Shown: piece after piece, positions 1-12,778 of the stretch
Layout of the letters: each line of letters starts with the position of its first letter
Position numbering within the stretch: the stretch's first letter is position 1
Position numbers and translations under genes: made by a program
Assembly: GCA_040285855.1 (NCBI GenBank)
Contig: JAUFOQ010000001.1
Span: 2,976,001 to 3,040,000 of the forward strand
Direction of reading: 5' to 3'
DNA length: 64,000 nucleotides
Origin: Eukaryota sp. GEM-RC1
Lineage: Eukaryota
The notes under the pieces: generated by a model
Database searches by the model: none
What the model saw: only the letters and a program-made list of their open reading frames with translations
Told to the model about the DNA's origin: nothing

Positions 1-1994
1 TTAAGAACTATCATAATCAGTATCACTATGAAATCGATCTTCTGACCACCGTTGTTTCGACAGACCCGACTGTTGTCTCAACTTGTAATTCATATGAATA
101 TACACCACCTTCTTAGATTTCTCTCTATCCAACCTATTCCTAGAATGAGTGTGAATAAAGGTATTTGAACTCCAGACTCGTTGAGAAGTACCAACTGACG
201 TGACCTGAGAGATCAACTTAACAGCAAGCTTCTTAACAACAGGAGAGGAAGCTCCATTTAACCTCCACCATTGAACAGATGTAAGATCATCACCAAAATC
301 AGAACACGTTTCAAATCCATCTTCTCTTGAAAGAAAGTTAAGAAACTGACTATCCAGGAGAGATCGTTCTTGAGGTTCAAGTATACGATCAGCCATTCTC
401 TTCACCGCCTCCATAATGTATCTATTAGACTCAATGGTTTCTGAGTCAGTAACAGCTGTACGGCAATAAGTACTTAGATTCTCAGGATCGAGAGCATGAG
501 CAGCGAGAATGATATCATTGACAAGAAAACTAGTGTGATGCTCAACTTTAAGACAGATTAAATTCTTAACTTGGTTCAGCCACTCACTGTTGTAAGCATT
601 GACAGAACTCTTAACCCTCTCAACCAAAGAGAAAACCTTTGAACAATGGCCAGTGTCAGTATCTATCACTTTAAGAACGTCAGTCATGGGTTTAAACAAC
701 GACACTATATCGTCAAGTTGCTGCCAGAAAAGAGAATCCGCCACAGTACGGACTACTTCATCAGCTGTCATTACCAACTCCGAAGCAATCAATTGTTGTC
801 TGTGAAGAGGTAAGCTTCCATGGTAGTCATCCCACTCATCTGATGACGTGACCCTTTCCAAAGGCTTTCTAATGGCAATAAGTCTCTCCATCATAGTGAT
901 ATTAGAGGCAAAACGAGTTGATGCATGCTTAAGTAATCTCAAAGGACCTAAGGGCTGAGCTGACTCTAACAACTGTAGCAGGGAATCTTGGTATCTAAAG
1001 TAAACGGCCAAGTTCCTAGCACGTGTCACCACGTCATTGATTATTGGAAGTGATGCGCAATCCTGAATCATTAAATCAACTACTTGAGACGCACAAGTTG
1101 TATAAAGCAAGTTGAACTCGGTGGCTATTTTCATTCCTACATCGGCAAATAGAGGAGTATTATCAGTAGTAATTTGAATGACATCTTTCAGAGAGAAGTT
1201 AGATGACGTGATGATCGATTTGACTTCATTAACAATATGATCGTCGTCACGATACTCCAAGTCAAAACACTCCACAGTATCAACGAAAACACTTCTTGAA
1301 GAAGAGTTAATGATTACATTCATCAATGGGCGGTCACGTGAATCCTTCCAAGCTTCTAGAGAAATAGAACATCCAAGAATTGGGATTTTCTTAAGAACAT
1401 TAGTTTCAATATAGGCATTGATCCTAGCCACTGTCTGATCTAACAGGGTTGTGCGTAGATCTTGAATTGTGGGGAGGGTGAAGGTTTCTCTTCCATCAGC
1501 CAATGCAAAGATCATCTCCATGAAGGAATCACTTGTGACGACATCAAAAGGAATTCCGCATGTGTAGAAGAACTCAGCAATGCGAATGTCTAGTTCCTGT
1601 TCGAAGGGTGTTCGGACACGTGGATTGGAACGTGTTCTATTTGCAGCTGGGGTGTCTTCGTGGCGTGTTTGTTTATGAGGAGGAGTTATGGTGGAGTTTG
1701 AAAGAGGTGTAGTGGAAGATGATTGAAGAGACCCAGAGGTTGGAGGGAGGTTCCAGATCTCGTTGATTTGTTGGAGAATAGAGCTAATTACAGAACGGTC
1801 TCCGGTGCAGTAGGAGACACCTTTGCGTTGACTCTACGGTCAAAGTGGGCTCTTTTTCTACTTGCGCTGCCATTAAAGGTGGCGGGGCAATAGCGACACT
1901 TAACTTTTGGGTCGGTTTTGCCTCTGCCATCACGTCTTGGTGCACCTTCTTCTACAACAATAAAGTGAGCATGAAGTCGTGCGAATTTTGACAT
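1..1994 (-). CDS. hAT transposase (BED finger, DUF659/RNase H core, hAT dimerization domain), one -1 frameshift near 1818-1826
   Basis: KCRYC...RAHF in ORF 1788..1994 continues in the -1 frame as KGVSYC...IAEFFYTCGIPF into ORF 1..1521, which has ITTDN, STRF, WW and RNRL motifs. Confidence 0.85.
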
Positions 1995-2580
1995 TGATGG
2001 AGAAGAACTATGTAGTGAGTGTTGGTGAGGTTTTATGAAGAAGAAAAATTGGTCTGAATCAGACTAATTATGAATGTCCAGTGAAAGAGCACCAAACAAC
2101 ACTGATTCAGATTAATTACGGATTCAGACTAATTAATGACTGGGACAATTAGTCTGAATCAGTGTAATTGTGAGTATTCATATTTAGTCTGAATCAATAT
2201 CCCTAACACAAAAACAATCTTGATCATCAAATCATGTTATGTCTTCGTAAATGTTATTCTGTACATCAGGATCGTTGTTGGCAACGACAATGGAGGTTTA
2301 AGACCGACGAAATTCAGAAACAGGACTGATGGGCCATCAGAATAGCTCTCCAAAATTGATTAGTGACCGAATTGTCTTTCAAGCCAGTGCAAATAGTGTA
2401 TGACACGGACTTTATACGCCAATTCAACCATATTGTCTAGGAAGACAAGTAAGAAAGTGGGCTATATAACACAATTTGACTGAAAACTATTGGACACTTC
2501 TAAAGTAGTCAAACTGCAATTAGTCTGATGCAGACTAATAAGTGATTCAGACTAATTATAAACTCAGACTAATTGTTGTG
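1..2580 (-). mobile_element. hAT DNA transposon (DUF659-type); 3' end lies outside the window
   Basis: Transposase ORF plus clusters of AGTCTGAATC/CAGACTAAT subterminal repeats at about 2050-2200 and 2520-2575. The terminus near 2580 is inferred because the other end and the TSD are not visible. Confidence 0.75.
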
Positions 2581-2640
2581 AAGAGTGTATTTTCTCTTTG
2601 AATTGGAACATTTCACTGTTGTTTCCACAGGTGTTTGGTT

Positions 2641-3061
2641 CAGGGCCTGGGAATAAATATTTGAATAAATAAATATTTTATAGTATAATATTTTTATATT
2701 ATTAATAAATAAATTATGGAAATCACGTCATCTCCTATTCATACTCAATTCAAAGAGACATTATAAAATCGAATCAAAAATAGTTTAGAAAGTGCACTGT
2801 TCTCAACTGAAATGAGTTCTGTATCCATCGTGAGTACAGAAAGAAGACTCTACTGAGTTGCGAATGTAAAGGAGTGTAAAATGTTGCAATTTTCACCATT
2901 ATAGGATGTCTGGTGAGAGAACAAAACAAAAATACATATAAATAATTTTTTGTTTTTTGTTTTCATAAAATAAATAATGGAGGAACCCAACTTGAAAAAA
3001 TCAATAAAATATCATTGTTTACTTTAAATATTTCAATACAAACATCTATTTCCAGGCCCTG
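2641..3061. mobile_element. hAT-type MITE, 421 bp
   Basis: TIRs CAGGGCCTGG...CCAGGCCCTG; flanks GTTTGGTT/GTTTGTTT (7/8 TSD); AT-rich subterminal repeats. Confidence 0.85.
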
Positions 3062-3099
3062 GTTTGTTTCTTTAATTTTAGATAATGGTCTGGATTGTG

Positions 3100-4047
3100 A
3101 TAATAAATCTTGATAGATGTATCATTTTCTGAAGTACATGATAGGCTACAAAATGCTTTTTTTACCTACAGACCTACAGCACTAATTATCCTAATCACTT
3201 TTCTATGGTTCTGGATCTCCAATAGAAATTTCTTTTCCTCGACTATTTTAACGTTATAGAGAAACTGTACCTGTTAAGATCTTAAGCAACTTAAAAGCCG
3301 AAAGCGAAAACGAAGAATCATTGACAGTTGGAAATAACAATGATCAAGAAGTACTGTCACGACAGCTTCCAAATATATTTAATACATTCATTTACAAAGC
3401 GAAGAAAGAAGTTTACTTGCAGAAATCAATTAAAACATACTATTCAGAAAATGAAAGAAGTTAAAACTCTCCATGTCCACCCTTTACAAACTGGACTAAA
3501 TGGATTCGATTTTAAGTGAACATTCAAAAAGCGTCTATTTGGTGGAAGAAGAGGGCGATTTATTACCAAAAGTTCGAAGAAGAAGGAAAAATGACGACTT
3601 CCAGCTAACATGGTAATAAAAAAAGTGATGAGGAGGCAGGCCTGTTCTAAAAGAGATCGCTCTCTAGCTAATTGGTAAAATAGCTCCTTTAACTGCTCAT
3701 TCCATTATCTAATTAAAGCAGGATTAAACGTATCGTCTACCCTTTTGTTGTTGCAAATTCCAATCGAACTGCTAGAAATATCTAAACATCCAGTCTACAA
3801 ATCAGATTACGTTAACTCTCAGGATAGGAAACAAATGTCATTGAAGGAGAAGTTATCTCGATCATGGATTAAAAGCTTTGCCATCCAGCAAGACCTTGTA
3901 GTAAAACAACAAATTGGCAAAATGGCACTCATTCGAATATTCTCTGATGATAAAGTCCAACAACTTAGACGAGTTGTTGAAGGAGATTCTCAAGTCTTGT
4001 TGAGACGAATGAAAGTATTTTGTAAGGAGAACTTCGATAGGGTCTAA
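3100..4047 (+). pseudogene. possible decayed non-LTR retrotransposon ORF2 fragments
   Basis: LDRCIIF...PNHFSMVLDL resembles the end of an APE endonuclease (xDYxx...SDH). It is followed by Lys-rich helical fragments with many stops; no RT motifs seen. Confidence 0.25.
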
Positions 4048-5049
4048 CCCTAACCCCTTTGATGAAATTAGTTGTCGTACTGAGTATTTCATGAATAAAC
4101 ACGTGTGGTCTATATGAGGCACTCCTGTCATTGTGAAAAGAACAATAGTAGGGGTCGTAATTCGTGCATTGGTGTGGTGGTGGTGTGGTGGATGGATCAT
4201 CAAGTATATGTTCTTTGCCACAGAAGAAGGGGTATTATTGGACCACAAGAATTGACAATGATGGTAGCTATGTTTCTGTCAAATTTGAGTTAATCACTTA
4301 CGACAAGTAAAGCACGATCATCAAACACAAAGTTTTCACCAAGTAGGTGATATCAACAACTTAGGATGGTTTGTGACAGCGTTGGCGGGAATAGCGAAGT
4401 TACCTCAAAAGAGTGTAAACTTCCCACGAAATCATCAACTGAAATGGTTCTACCACTGGTTATTTTTGATCAAACACTAAGCTATTGTTGGTACATATCA
4501 TTTTTAAATGTTGCCACAGTGAATTTCTTGGGTGTGGAATACCACTCCCAATGATAGTTGTCCAATACAACCAATACGTGTTTGAAAAATACAAAACTAC
4601 AACTAAAAAATTGATTTATTAAAAACAATAACTATTTCGTGTTTGTTGCTTAACTTATTGGAATAAGCTAAGTAGGTACTGTAGAAACGTTTGTGACTAC
4701 AATACTCTTGAGTTAGAAAACTGATTTTTCACTTTCTGGCAGTTTTTCGTCGTCTCTCATCTTCATAATACATGATCTATTTTTACGCCATGGCTTTCCA
4801 GCTTCAGGGGAGATTTATTATTAGATCACTACTGTTGTTATCAACAAGTTCCGCTAAAGGATCTTCATCTTCATCTTGACTTTCAGGTGAAGGTTGAACA
4901 ACCACAACAATGTCTCTGAGATATTCGTCTATTTCTGACCTTCTGTTACACCATTGTCTTGCCATCATATAAACTTGTTCCCTCTTCATTACATGGATGT
5001 CTCTCATCTCCACTCCAGTAAAACCATCAACCTGTTTTTCCAGCTGAGG

Positions 5050-5811
5050 AAGCTTGAACTGAACATTTAGTGAAGCATCCAGAGTTTTATTACTTTGTGA
5101 GGATCTTCTTTTATCCATTTGCAGATCCAAACATGACCAGTTACGCTCAGTCAGTGAGGCTGATCCAGTGGCTGAAGTGATTCTTGCCGCAATGTGACAA
5201 ATGTGTCTGAACGTCCTTTTCCTAGACATATCTCAAGCACAAATAGCTATTCATTACGGTGTGTCTCAAAGCACTACCTCAAAATGGATTAGTAAAGCTT
5301 TTGATGCTGCTTCATGTCCTCAGTCATCAGATGATAAATCCAGAGGCAAACTCTCTGATGAAGACATCAAGTATATCATCGAAATTCTCGAATCTGATCC
5401 CCTTCTATATCTTCGAGAGATTGTGGACCTCCTTGGCACAAATCGTAACATAATTGTCTCTATTACCACAGTACACCGAGCTCTTGTTCGTGAGGGCTAC
5501 ACACACGTGAGATGCCGAATGCTGGTAAAACGAGCCAAGTCAGATCCTATTCTGTCTTTCGAAAGGCTTTTATCACAAAAATTGGTATAATCCACCAACA
5601 GCAGTTGCTATTCGTCGACGAAGTCGCTTTTAGAGCTGAAGACTTTGGAAGAAGCTATGGTCGCTCCCGATCTGGAACTGCTCCCATATCTGCCATGAAA
5701 AAGCTAAATAAAACCACCATTTCAGCTGTTGTTGCTATTGATGTCAATAGATTTGTGCACGCCCATATCAAATATGGTCATTTCGACCGTCAAGAATTTA
5801 TATCTTTTTGA
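5050..5811 (+). pseudogene. IS630/Tc1-like transposase remnant (copy A)
   Basis: HTH SQAQIAIHYGVSQSTTSKWI, second HTH PLLYLREIVDLL...SITTVHRAL, LFVDE (first catalytic Asp); frameshifted and truncated after GHFDRQEF. Confidence 0.85.
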
Positions 5812-7418
5812 TAGACATGCTTCGATTGGGCAAATTGGTCAGGTCTGGTGCTTCAAGATCAAAAATAATTCTTCATCAACAAAAGGATCTTCAAGTGACG
5901 TATGAACTTGTAGAAGGAGATGTAGAATGCCAACGGGTGGATCTTGCATCTCATGCCAAATCAAAGAATAAAGATGATGAGAGGATCATTACTATAGATG
6001 AGCTTGTGAAGATGAATCCTGAGTGGTAAGCTTTAGATACCAAACCATGGAAGAAATGGGCTCAGATGTACGCTCTAGACTCCTCTGTTTCTGCTATTGG
6101 ACCACAGCTGAGATGTTGGGAGGTTAAACTCGAGCAGCAAGTACCTATGCTCTCTTGCCAGGTTTCTTCATGTACTTAACATGGCTCGAAAAGAGAAAGT
6201 CGTCTGTTAGTTCTTCGTTAGTAACCCACTGACGAGAACTATTTTTGTAATGCACCTCAAAATCAGATTCTGGGTGAACAAGAGCTCCGTCCTTTTCTAC
6301 AGCAATATAAATCAGTTCTTCAAGTAAACCTGTAAGATCTTCTAATCAGGGTTCAACCTCACAAAAGACGTTGACAATCCTCAACTTCAGCGTGCTACAC
6401 TGTCGTTTGGATAGACACATTAGGAACGTTGCTGGGAAACGATATTGCATCTGGAAAAGTCTCCAGTTCAGAAGCAGAAGAAAGGCAAAGAAGTTTATTG
6501 ATATCAGTTGATATAAAAGACAAAAAGGTGTAAAATGTGCTTTTGTGAAATGGAATGAAATTCGGATGGGTTGAAATGACTGCAGCACAACATAGAAGAC
6601 AACTTTCTAAAGGTCTTTGGAAAATTTCCTGTGAGTAACACGCAAGTATCACTGATTATCTGTGAGGTCTATTACGTCACTACTAAAGCTGATACTCATT
6701 GGTTCATATGTATTACATAGAACCTGTGTTACAGAGTAAGTCCAGTAATATCAAGGTAAACTGTATATATGAAGTGCAGAGTGTAGGAAATTACTTCCTT
6801 CACAATTGAACTAGATAGACAGGACGTGTAAAAATTGGGTCAAACACAAAGAATTCGACAAAAAGAATAATAATGCTTCAGATGGAATCTATTCCAGTGT
6901 TAGAACTTCTGTTGATGTTGAATTTCATTCCAAATAAGTTGTTGTAACATCACTGGTAATCATCTTAAGCCATCTCAATCCAATAGATCAGTTTTGATTA
7001 GCGGTCAAGGAACAAATGACATGATGTTCAACATTGTTTGAATGAAGGTATAGACTTCTTTTCTTTATGAAGCAGATTCATACCAAAAATGGGGATCTAG
7101 AACATCCCTCACGAAAAAGTGATTTGCATGATTAAAGAACTATCAACATCAAATGAAGAGGAATAGAAACAGGAAACGCTCATATCATCACTGTTTACGT
7201 TAAAGAAAGAGTCCTCATAATGTAAATGATGTAGAGAAGTGTTGGTGAGAGGAAGTGCAATGAGACTCTGTTCTTAGTCGAAAGTAATAGAGTAGAAAAG
7301 ATAGAATCATTGGATATGATGAGCAGGTGTAGGATGAATGACATTGGTTCGATGTCACTGTTTTGTTGTTGAGTTGTGATTAACAAAAGATTATCTCTTC
7401 TCTTTTGCTTTTCTTCTG

Positions 7419-8950
7419 ATGTCGTTTTCCCTTCCCCCAGCAGAAACTATTTCTATCATCCTCGAAGAACCTTCGATCTGTAATCAAACCATTACATTTG
7501 GTGAAGAGTCTATTGAAGTGCCCAGAATCATCCTTGCTGCTCATTCTACTTACTTCCGTTCTCTTTGGTTCTTGGAGTTTGGTGATAGAGACGAAAACCC
7601 AATCGACTTCTCCCATCTCCCTGTTGACTCCAACAACTTTCTTGCCTTCATCAAGTCCTTCTTCGGACGATCTTTCACCCTTAATGAGAACAATGCTTAC
7701 GACTTCTACTTCCTCGTCCACTACTTCCAAGTGGACAAACTCATTGTACAAGTGGAAAATTACCTAAACACTAATCTCATAACCTGGGCTTGGTTAAAAC
7801 CATTCATTAAAGAAGCAGATGAAAGAAATGACTTGAGAGCTCTGGAATTCGTTGGTCCTTTCTTTTCTAAGATTGATGACCTTGTGATTGATGACGTGAT
7901 GGCAATCACTACTGAAGGGTTAAAAACTCTTTGCAAATACTGTACTTCCACTCAATCTCAATCGTGGTTCGTCAAATCAATGGTGGAATCAATTTTGAAT
8001 CATAGTTTTGATTTAAATGAGTTTTTAAATGTTTTAAATTTTTTTCAATTGAAGCCTTTTCATTTCAACAATGGGATGAGTTTCTGTTTGTTCCTTTAAA
8101 ATATGTTGAAGAATTGGAAGCCGATTTGATGAAGTTTTTGTTTACAAAAGTTAAGAATCTTTATTTTGACTCTTTGGTTAAGCAAAATTCTGAATTAACG
8201 ACCAAATGTTCAGATTTAGAAAGCAACAATTCTGACTTAAACACACTTACTACTGATTTAACAACGGAAATTCATGATTTGAAGACAGAAAACTCTAGTT
8301 TAAAGGCAAATATTTTAGATTTATCCACACAAATCTCCGGTTTAACAACTGAAAATCAGAATTTAGCTACTACAAAGTCTCACGAAATTACCAAACTAAA
8401 ACAAGAAATTGAACAACTTAAAAAGACAACTACAGAAACACAAGTGGTGTCTCAATCAGTTCCTCAATCAAAAGTGATTAGATTCTCTCCAACTAAGAAA
8501 CATTCTCAGTTACAAGTTAGTGGGGATAGAAAGAGAGTTGTTGTTGAAAGTGCTGATCGTGTGGCTAGAAATATCTTGGGAGAAGATCCACTTCTTCCAG
8601 GTAATGTGTATACTTGGAAGTTGAGGTACCAGGGGGGTACTGATAGTCTTTATGCTGGAGTCATGGACGAGTCAAAGTTTAGAGTTGATGGCTATATCGC
8701 TGGAAGTGCTCACTGTTTCTCCAATAGTGGTAATAGTGTTTTAGGCTGTCTCTCAGGAAACAAAACTAAGTGGAATCCTGATGAATTACTCGAAATCAGT
8801 GTAAATCTCATTAATCACACTTTAACAATCAAATCCGTGAGTAATTCTTCAATTAATCTTACCGGAACTCTTCCCAGATTAAGTAGTGGTAATTATTATC
8901 CATATGCTTTCTTATGGTATAGAGATCACGTACTTGAAATCGTTGAATAA
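7419..8950 (+). CDS. BTB/POZ + coiled coil + SPRY/B30.2-like protein, -1 frameshift in the T-run at 8039-8045
   Basis: BTB motif ILAAHSTYFRSLW; heptad region; C-terminal YTWKLRY...YAGV...YYPYA. The -1 frame reads SIEAFSFQQWDEFLFVPLKY into ORF 8114..8950. Confidence 0.8.
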
Positions 8951-9704
8951 AGTTGGTAACATTTTGGGTAAGTTTCCTTTTTTAAGGTAGTGATTTTATT
9001 TTAAAAAGAGGCTATTATCTGTTCTTCTGTAAAATAATGGAGATTTGTTTCACATGAGTGTATAATCTTTAGTTGAGTTCTTTCTATTTAACAACCGGTT
9101 TTTAATATTTTCAAGGATTTGTGGTGACTTGGGGCTCACCAGTTTGATTGACAACAAAACTCTTACAATCGGAGCAACATTTGGACGCAAATTTAAATAT
9201 CTGAGAGTATAACAGAAAACAGACAGAAGAGTCAAAAAATACCACTTCTGCCACGATTAAAGCTAAAATGTTATGACAAATTGAATATTTTTCTAAAATA
9301 TAATACATGTATTATAAAGCTTCACACTAATGATCAAGCAGCAGACTTCCGATAAATAAAACAAATCTTCCAATACGTTTTGAAAAAAGAGGATGAAAAA
9401 ACTCTTTGATCATATGTTATGGTTGACTCGTATCGTTTTCCCATTTTTAACACAATTTACCTGATCATTTCCAAAGCTTTACATGTGAGTTCCTTTTATG
9501 AGGACGAAGCTGATGTAGGATTTGATGGTGATAAATGCTGTTTTAATGATATCAAGTTTCAATTTGTTTCTTAATTTACTGCATTTATAAATAGACTGTC
9601 TTTAAACAATATAATACGTCACAAATGTATTACGAGCGCTTTCAACTGATTGAAGTTAGACTCCAGATGTACAGATCGCTTACTTAAGAACGAGCACTTC
9701 ATAT

Positions 9705-10377
9705 TGGGGCTGTTAATGGATGGATGGATGTGGATGACAATACATTCATCCATCATCCACGTGGATATACGAAAACCAGTCCACCATTCATCCACCATCA
9801 TCGATCGAAGACTATATATAGATTACTTGAAAAAATGGCTTAACGATTAATTCAGTTCCAGTTCTGTATTGATGGTATGATATAAACACGAGAACCAAAT
9901 CTACTTAAACAGTGGTTGAAGGTCTGAACGGTTACTCCAAATGGACAGTTTCAATCTCTACGTTCAAAATACTCCCACGTTCGAGACGTTTTTCTGTTGT
10001 ATGACGGAGAAGATGACAAAAGAGAACTGTTGTCATCATCATCAATTTTAATCATAGTTAGGAAAACAGTAAACTAGAACAAGAATGCAAAGAAGTTGTT
10101 GTTTCTTTCAAACACAAGTATTTTAGTACCTGTGAAAATCGTTTTGTGTTGAACTATGATACGCAATCCACTGAAGTACAATAATGAAGATAGCCATAAA
10201 AACATACAATACAATGTCAGTGTATTTAACATACTGTTTACCAATTTTATGAGTGGATATCCATGGATGATGTTTGCAATCCCCCATCCACTTGGATCTC
10301 AAGTTTTTCATCCATTATGGATGGGTGGTGGATGGATGGGTGGTGGATGGATGGATTTTCATCCATTAACAGCCCTA
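9705..10377. mobile_element. hAT-type MITE, 673 bp
   Basis: TIRs T(G/A)GGGCTGTTAATGGATG; perfect TSD CTTCATAT (9697-9704, 10378-10385); GGATG/CATCC subterminal arrays. Confidence 0.93.
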
Positions 10378-10949
10378 CTTCATATGCTTCGAATTTGATC
10401 AATTTTTGTAGAGCAAAACAAAGCACAAGTGATATCCACTAAATGATTTGATTTCAAATTTATTAAAATTTGTGGATACCTAAATTTTAAGTATCATACA
10501 GTTGGTTTTATGTATTGATGCATATCTCACTTAGAAGAGACACATCGATGACAAGATGCAAACAGACGCTCCATCATAATGGATAGTTTTGTCTATAGTA
10601 ACAGCCCCTTTCAGTTAAACAAAATGAAATGAATTTTTGCAGTTAAAGTTGCTCATGGGAAGCTAAAGGGTGTTTAGAAATAAATAATGCATACTCGTTA
10701 CACGTCACTGACCGCTGTTAGTCTTAGTCATAGGAACATAGAAAAGTCAATTAATTATACAAATAGGTCCAGATGAGTCATGACCCTAACATTACTTCTT
10801 CTCCTTTCTCGAAGACCTGGTCCTCTTAGCAGGTGGAGTAGTGAGAATGACGGAATTAGGAGTACTAGTAGAGTTCGATTTCCTATTACGATTCTTCTAC
10901 TTCCATTGGTTGAATTATGTGGATTTAATTCTGTCATCCAAATGAGTCA

Positions 10950-11640
10950 ATGATTGTTATGTTTACATTCAATTCCTGTAATTTTGACACACTGTATTCT
11001 TGTAACAACAACCATCCTTACACATTTGTTTTAGTATCATTTCCGGGCAAGATTAAACTTCTATTTAAAAAATTACAACATAACGTTGTCCGCGTTGTTA
11101 AATTGATCACTTTACTAGTATTTCTCTAATATCTTTGGAAGATACGGTTTCATATGTTTAATTTCACATGGATGAGTTGTGTTCAAACACACTGCAAATC
11201 TAATCACTTATGTTGCTCATTGTTGGGCAACAACCAAGTTTCCCGATAAACAAATCAGCTTTGTTGTAGCAATGACTGTTAATGAATATCTATACTCTGA
11301 AGTCAAAGAAGGTCATTTTTCACGTGTTGAATTTGTTGGCTTTTCATCAAACTTGATTCACTTTAATCTCTTGTCTACAACTGGAGGACCCCGATAATTC
11401 TTGATGGATATCGCATTCACTGTCACGCTAACATCTACGATGCAATGAACGACGTAGATTACTTAATCCTATGTACCTCAAAAGAACCCCATTGAAGCGT
11501 TTTTTGGAGAGTTGAAAGAAAGAAATCACGTAATGAATTCAATTTTTTCAAAGATGATGTTGAGGATTAAGACATCAGGTCCTAACTGATTAAATGAGTA
11601 CATGTTGTCGATGTCGATTTAATCATGCTGGTTATGTACA
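10950..11640 (+). pseudogene. IS630/Tc1-like transposase remnant (copy B)
   Basis: VVAMTVNEYLYSEVKEGHFSRVEF is homologous to copy A VVAIDVNRFVHAHIKYGHFDRQEF; ILDGYRIH and PQKNPIEAFFGELK are present across frameshifts. Confidence 0.8.
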
Positions 11641-11749
11641 ATGTAAGTCATATAGATCAACTCAGCTGTAAAGCTGGAAAAATTGGGAGAATTACTTTTG
11701 ACATTTTGATGTCTTTTTGATACAAAAAACTTTCTCAATTGAACTTATT

Positions 11750-12349
11750 TTGTATCATTACCGAATCACTCAATTTGCAATCAGTTGATATTTCCCATAT
11801 CTTGTCGTATTTGCATCCACTATCTGGATGTGCTTTCGTAGTGAATCAAAAGTCTTTAATTAATTAACGAGATCAGCCCACTTATCCCAGTATCCATCTC
11901 TGGCTCTGTAGTTCTTAGGAAAACCTTTCAGATCATCATTTAAACACGTTCTGAGAAACTGAAACTGTGATAGAGTCTTGAAAACCAGTAAATCCTGTTT
12001 GGACAGAGCACTTTAATGATATAATTGCTCTATGAGCAAATATTTCACCATAAATCTGTTTGCCAGCGTTTGAAATCACAATTTATAAGCTTGCTGGACA
12101 AAGTAACACTTCTTTAATTTTCACTTGATTCAGGAAATGGTGGGAAAAGAGTCTAGTCAAAGCTTCACCCGCAAGATCATCATGGTTAGAATAGTAGATC
12201 TGCAGATTTTCTTTGAAGCATGGTTCTCGAGCTTGAAGATGTAGTCTGTACTGTACTTGTAACAACATTGAAAAGTAGTCTTCAGAACAACGTTCAAAGC
12301 AAGAATAACTTAGAGAGGTAAGAGCATCCTCATCTAGATCCAATATCAT
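11750..12349 (-). pseudogene. unknown-family ORF remnant convergent with IS630/Tc1 copy B
   Basis: Aligns without gaps (13/57 identities by hand) to the ORF convergent with copy C. Confidence 0.5.
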
Positions 12350-12778
12350 GTGACTTCAGAGTAATTAAAAAGAGTGTTATTAGAGTTACTCTAAAAACTG
12401 AAAACAAATGAATTCAAGTAAGAGATAATCCGATCATCAAATAAACAATGAAAACCCTCTACAATAAAAAGAGGAGATCGACAATGAAAGTTGCATGCCC
12501 TTGGCGTAAAAAACAAAAAATCAAGGATTCATTTGGGAATCAATTAATTTAAAGGGACAAAGTGGGAAATTGTCGATATACGTGGACATAACGACAACAA
12601 AGCCTTAACATTTGTGATAGCTAATAGCCAATACAACAATGAAGAGTGAAAGAATGACGTTCAAACAACTGGTTTGTCCATTCGTTAAGAAACTGAACAA
12701 GCTTGTTTAAGGACACACGACTTACTTTCTAGAAGTACCACCAAGACTCAGAGTAAGAATCTAACAAGGACATCCAAG

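Noticed and set aside
2041..2580. Interspersed palindromic repeats resembling a CRISPR array (also 48880-49500 and 59527-60128)
   Set aside because: Irregular spacing, mixed orientation, located at transposon ends, no cas genes, eukaryotic context.
4045..4057. CTAACCCTAACCC telomere-like sequence
   Set aside because: Only two units; can arise by chance.
5808..6330. Fanzor/TnpB next to the IS630-like transposase
   Set aside because: No RuvC D-E-D or CxxC zinc-ribbon motifs found in the frames I read.
9415..9460. VDSYRF resembling a Polinton DNA polymerase motif
   Set aside because: Isolated hexapeptide with no supporting ORF.
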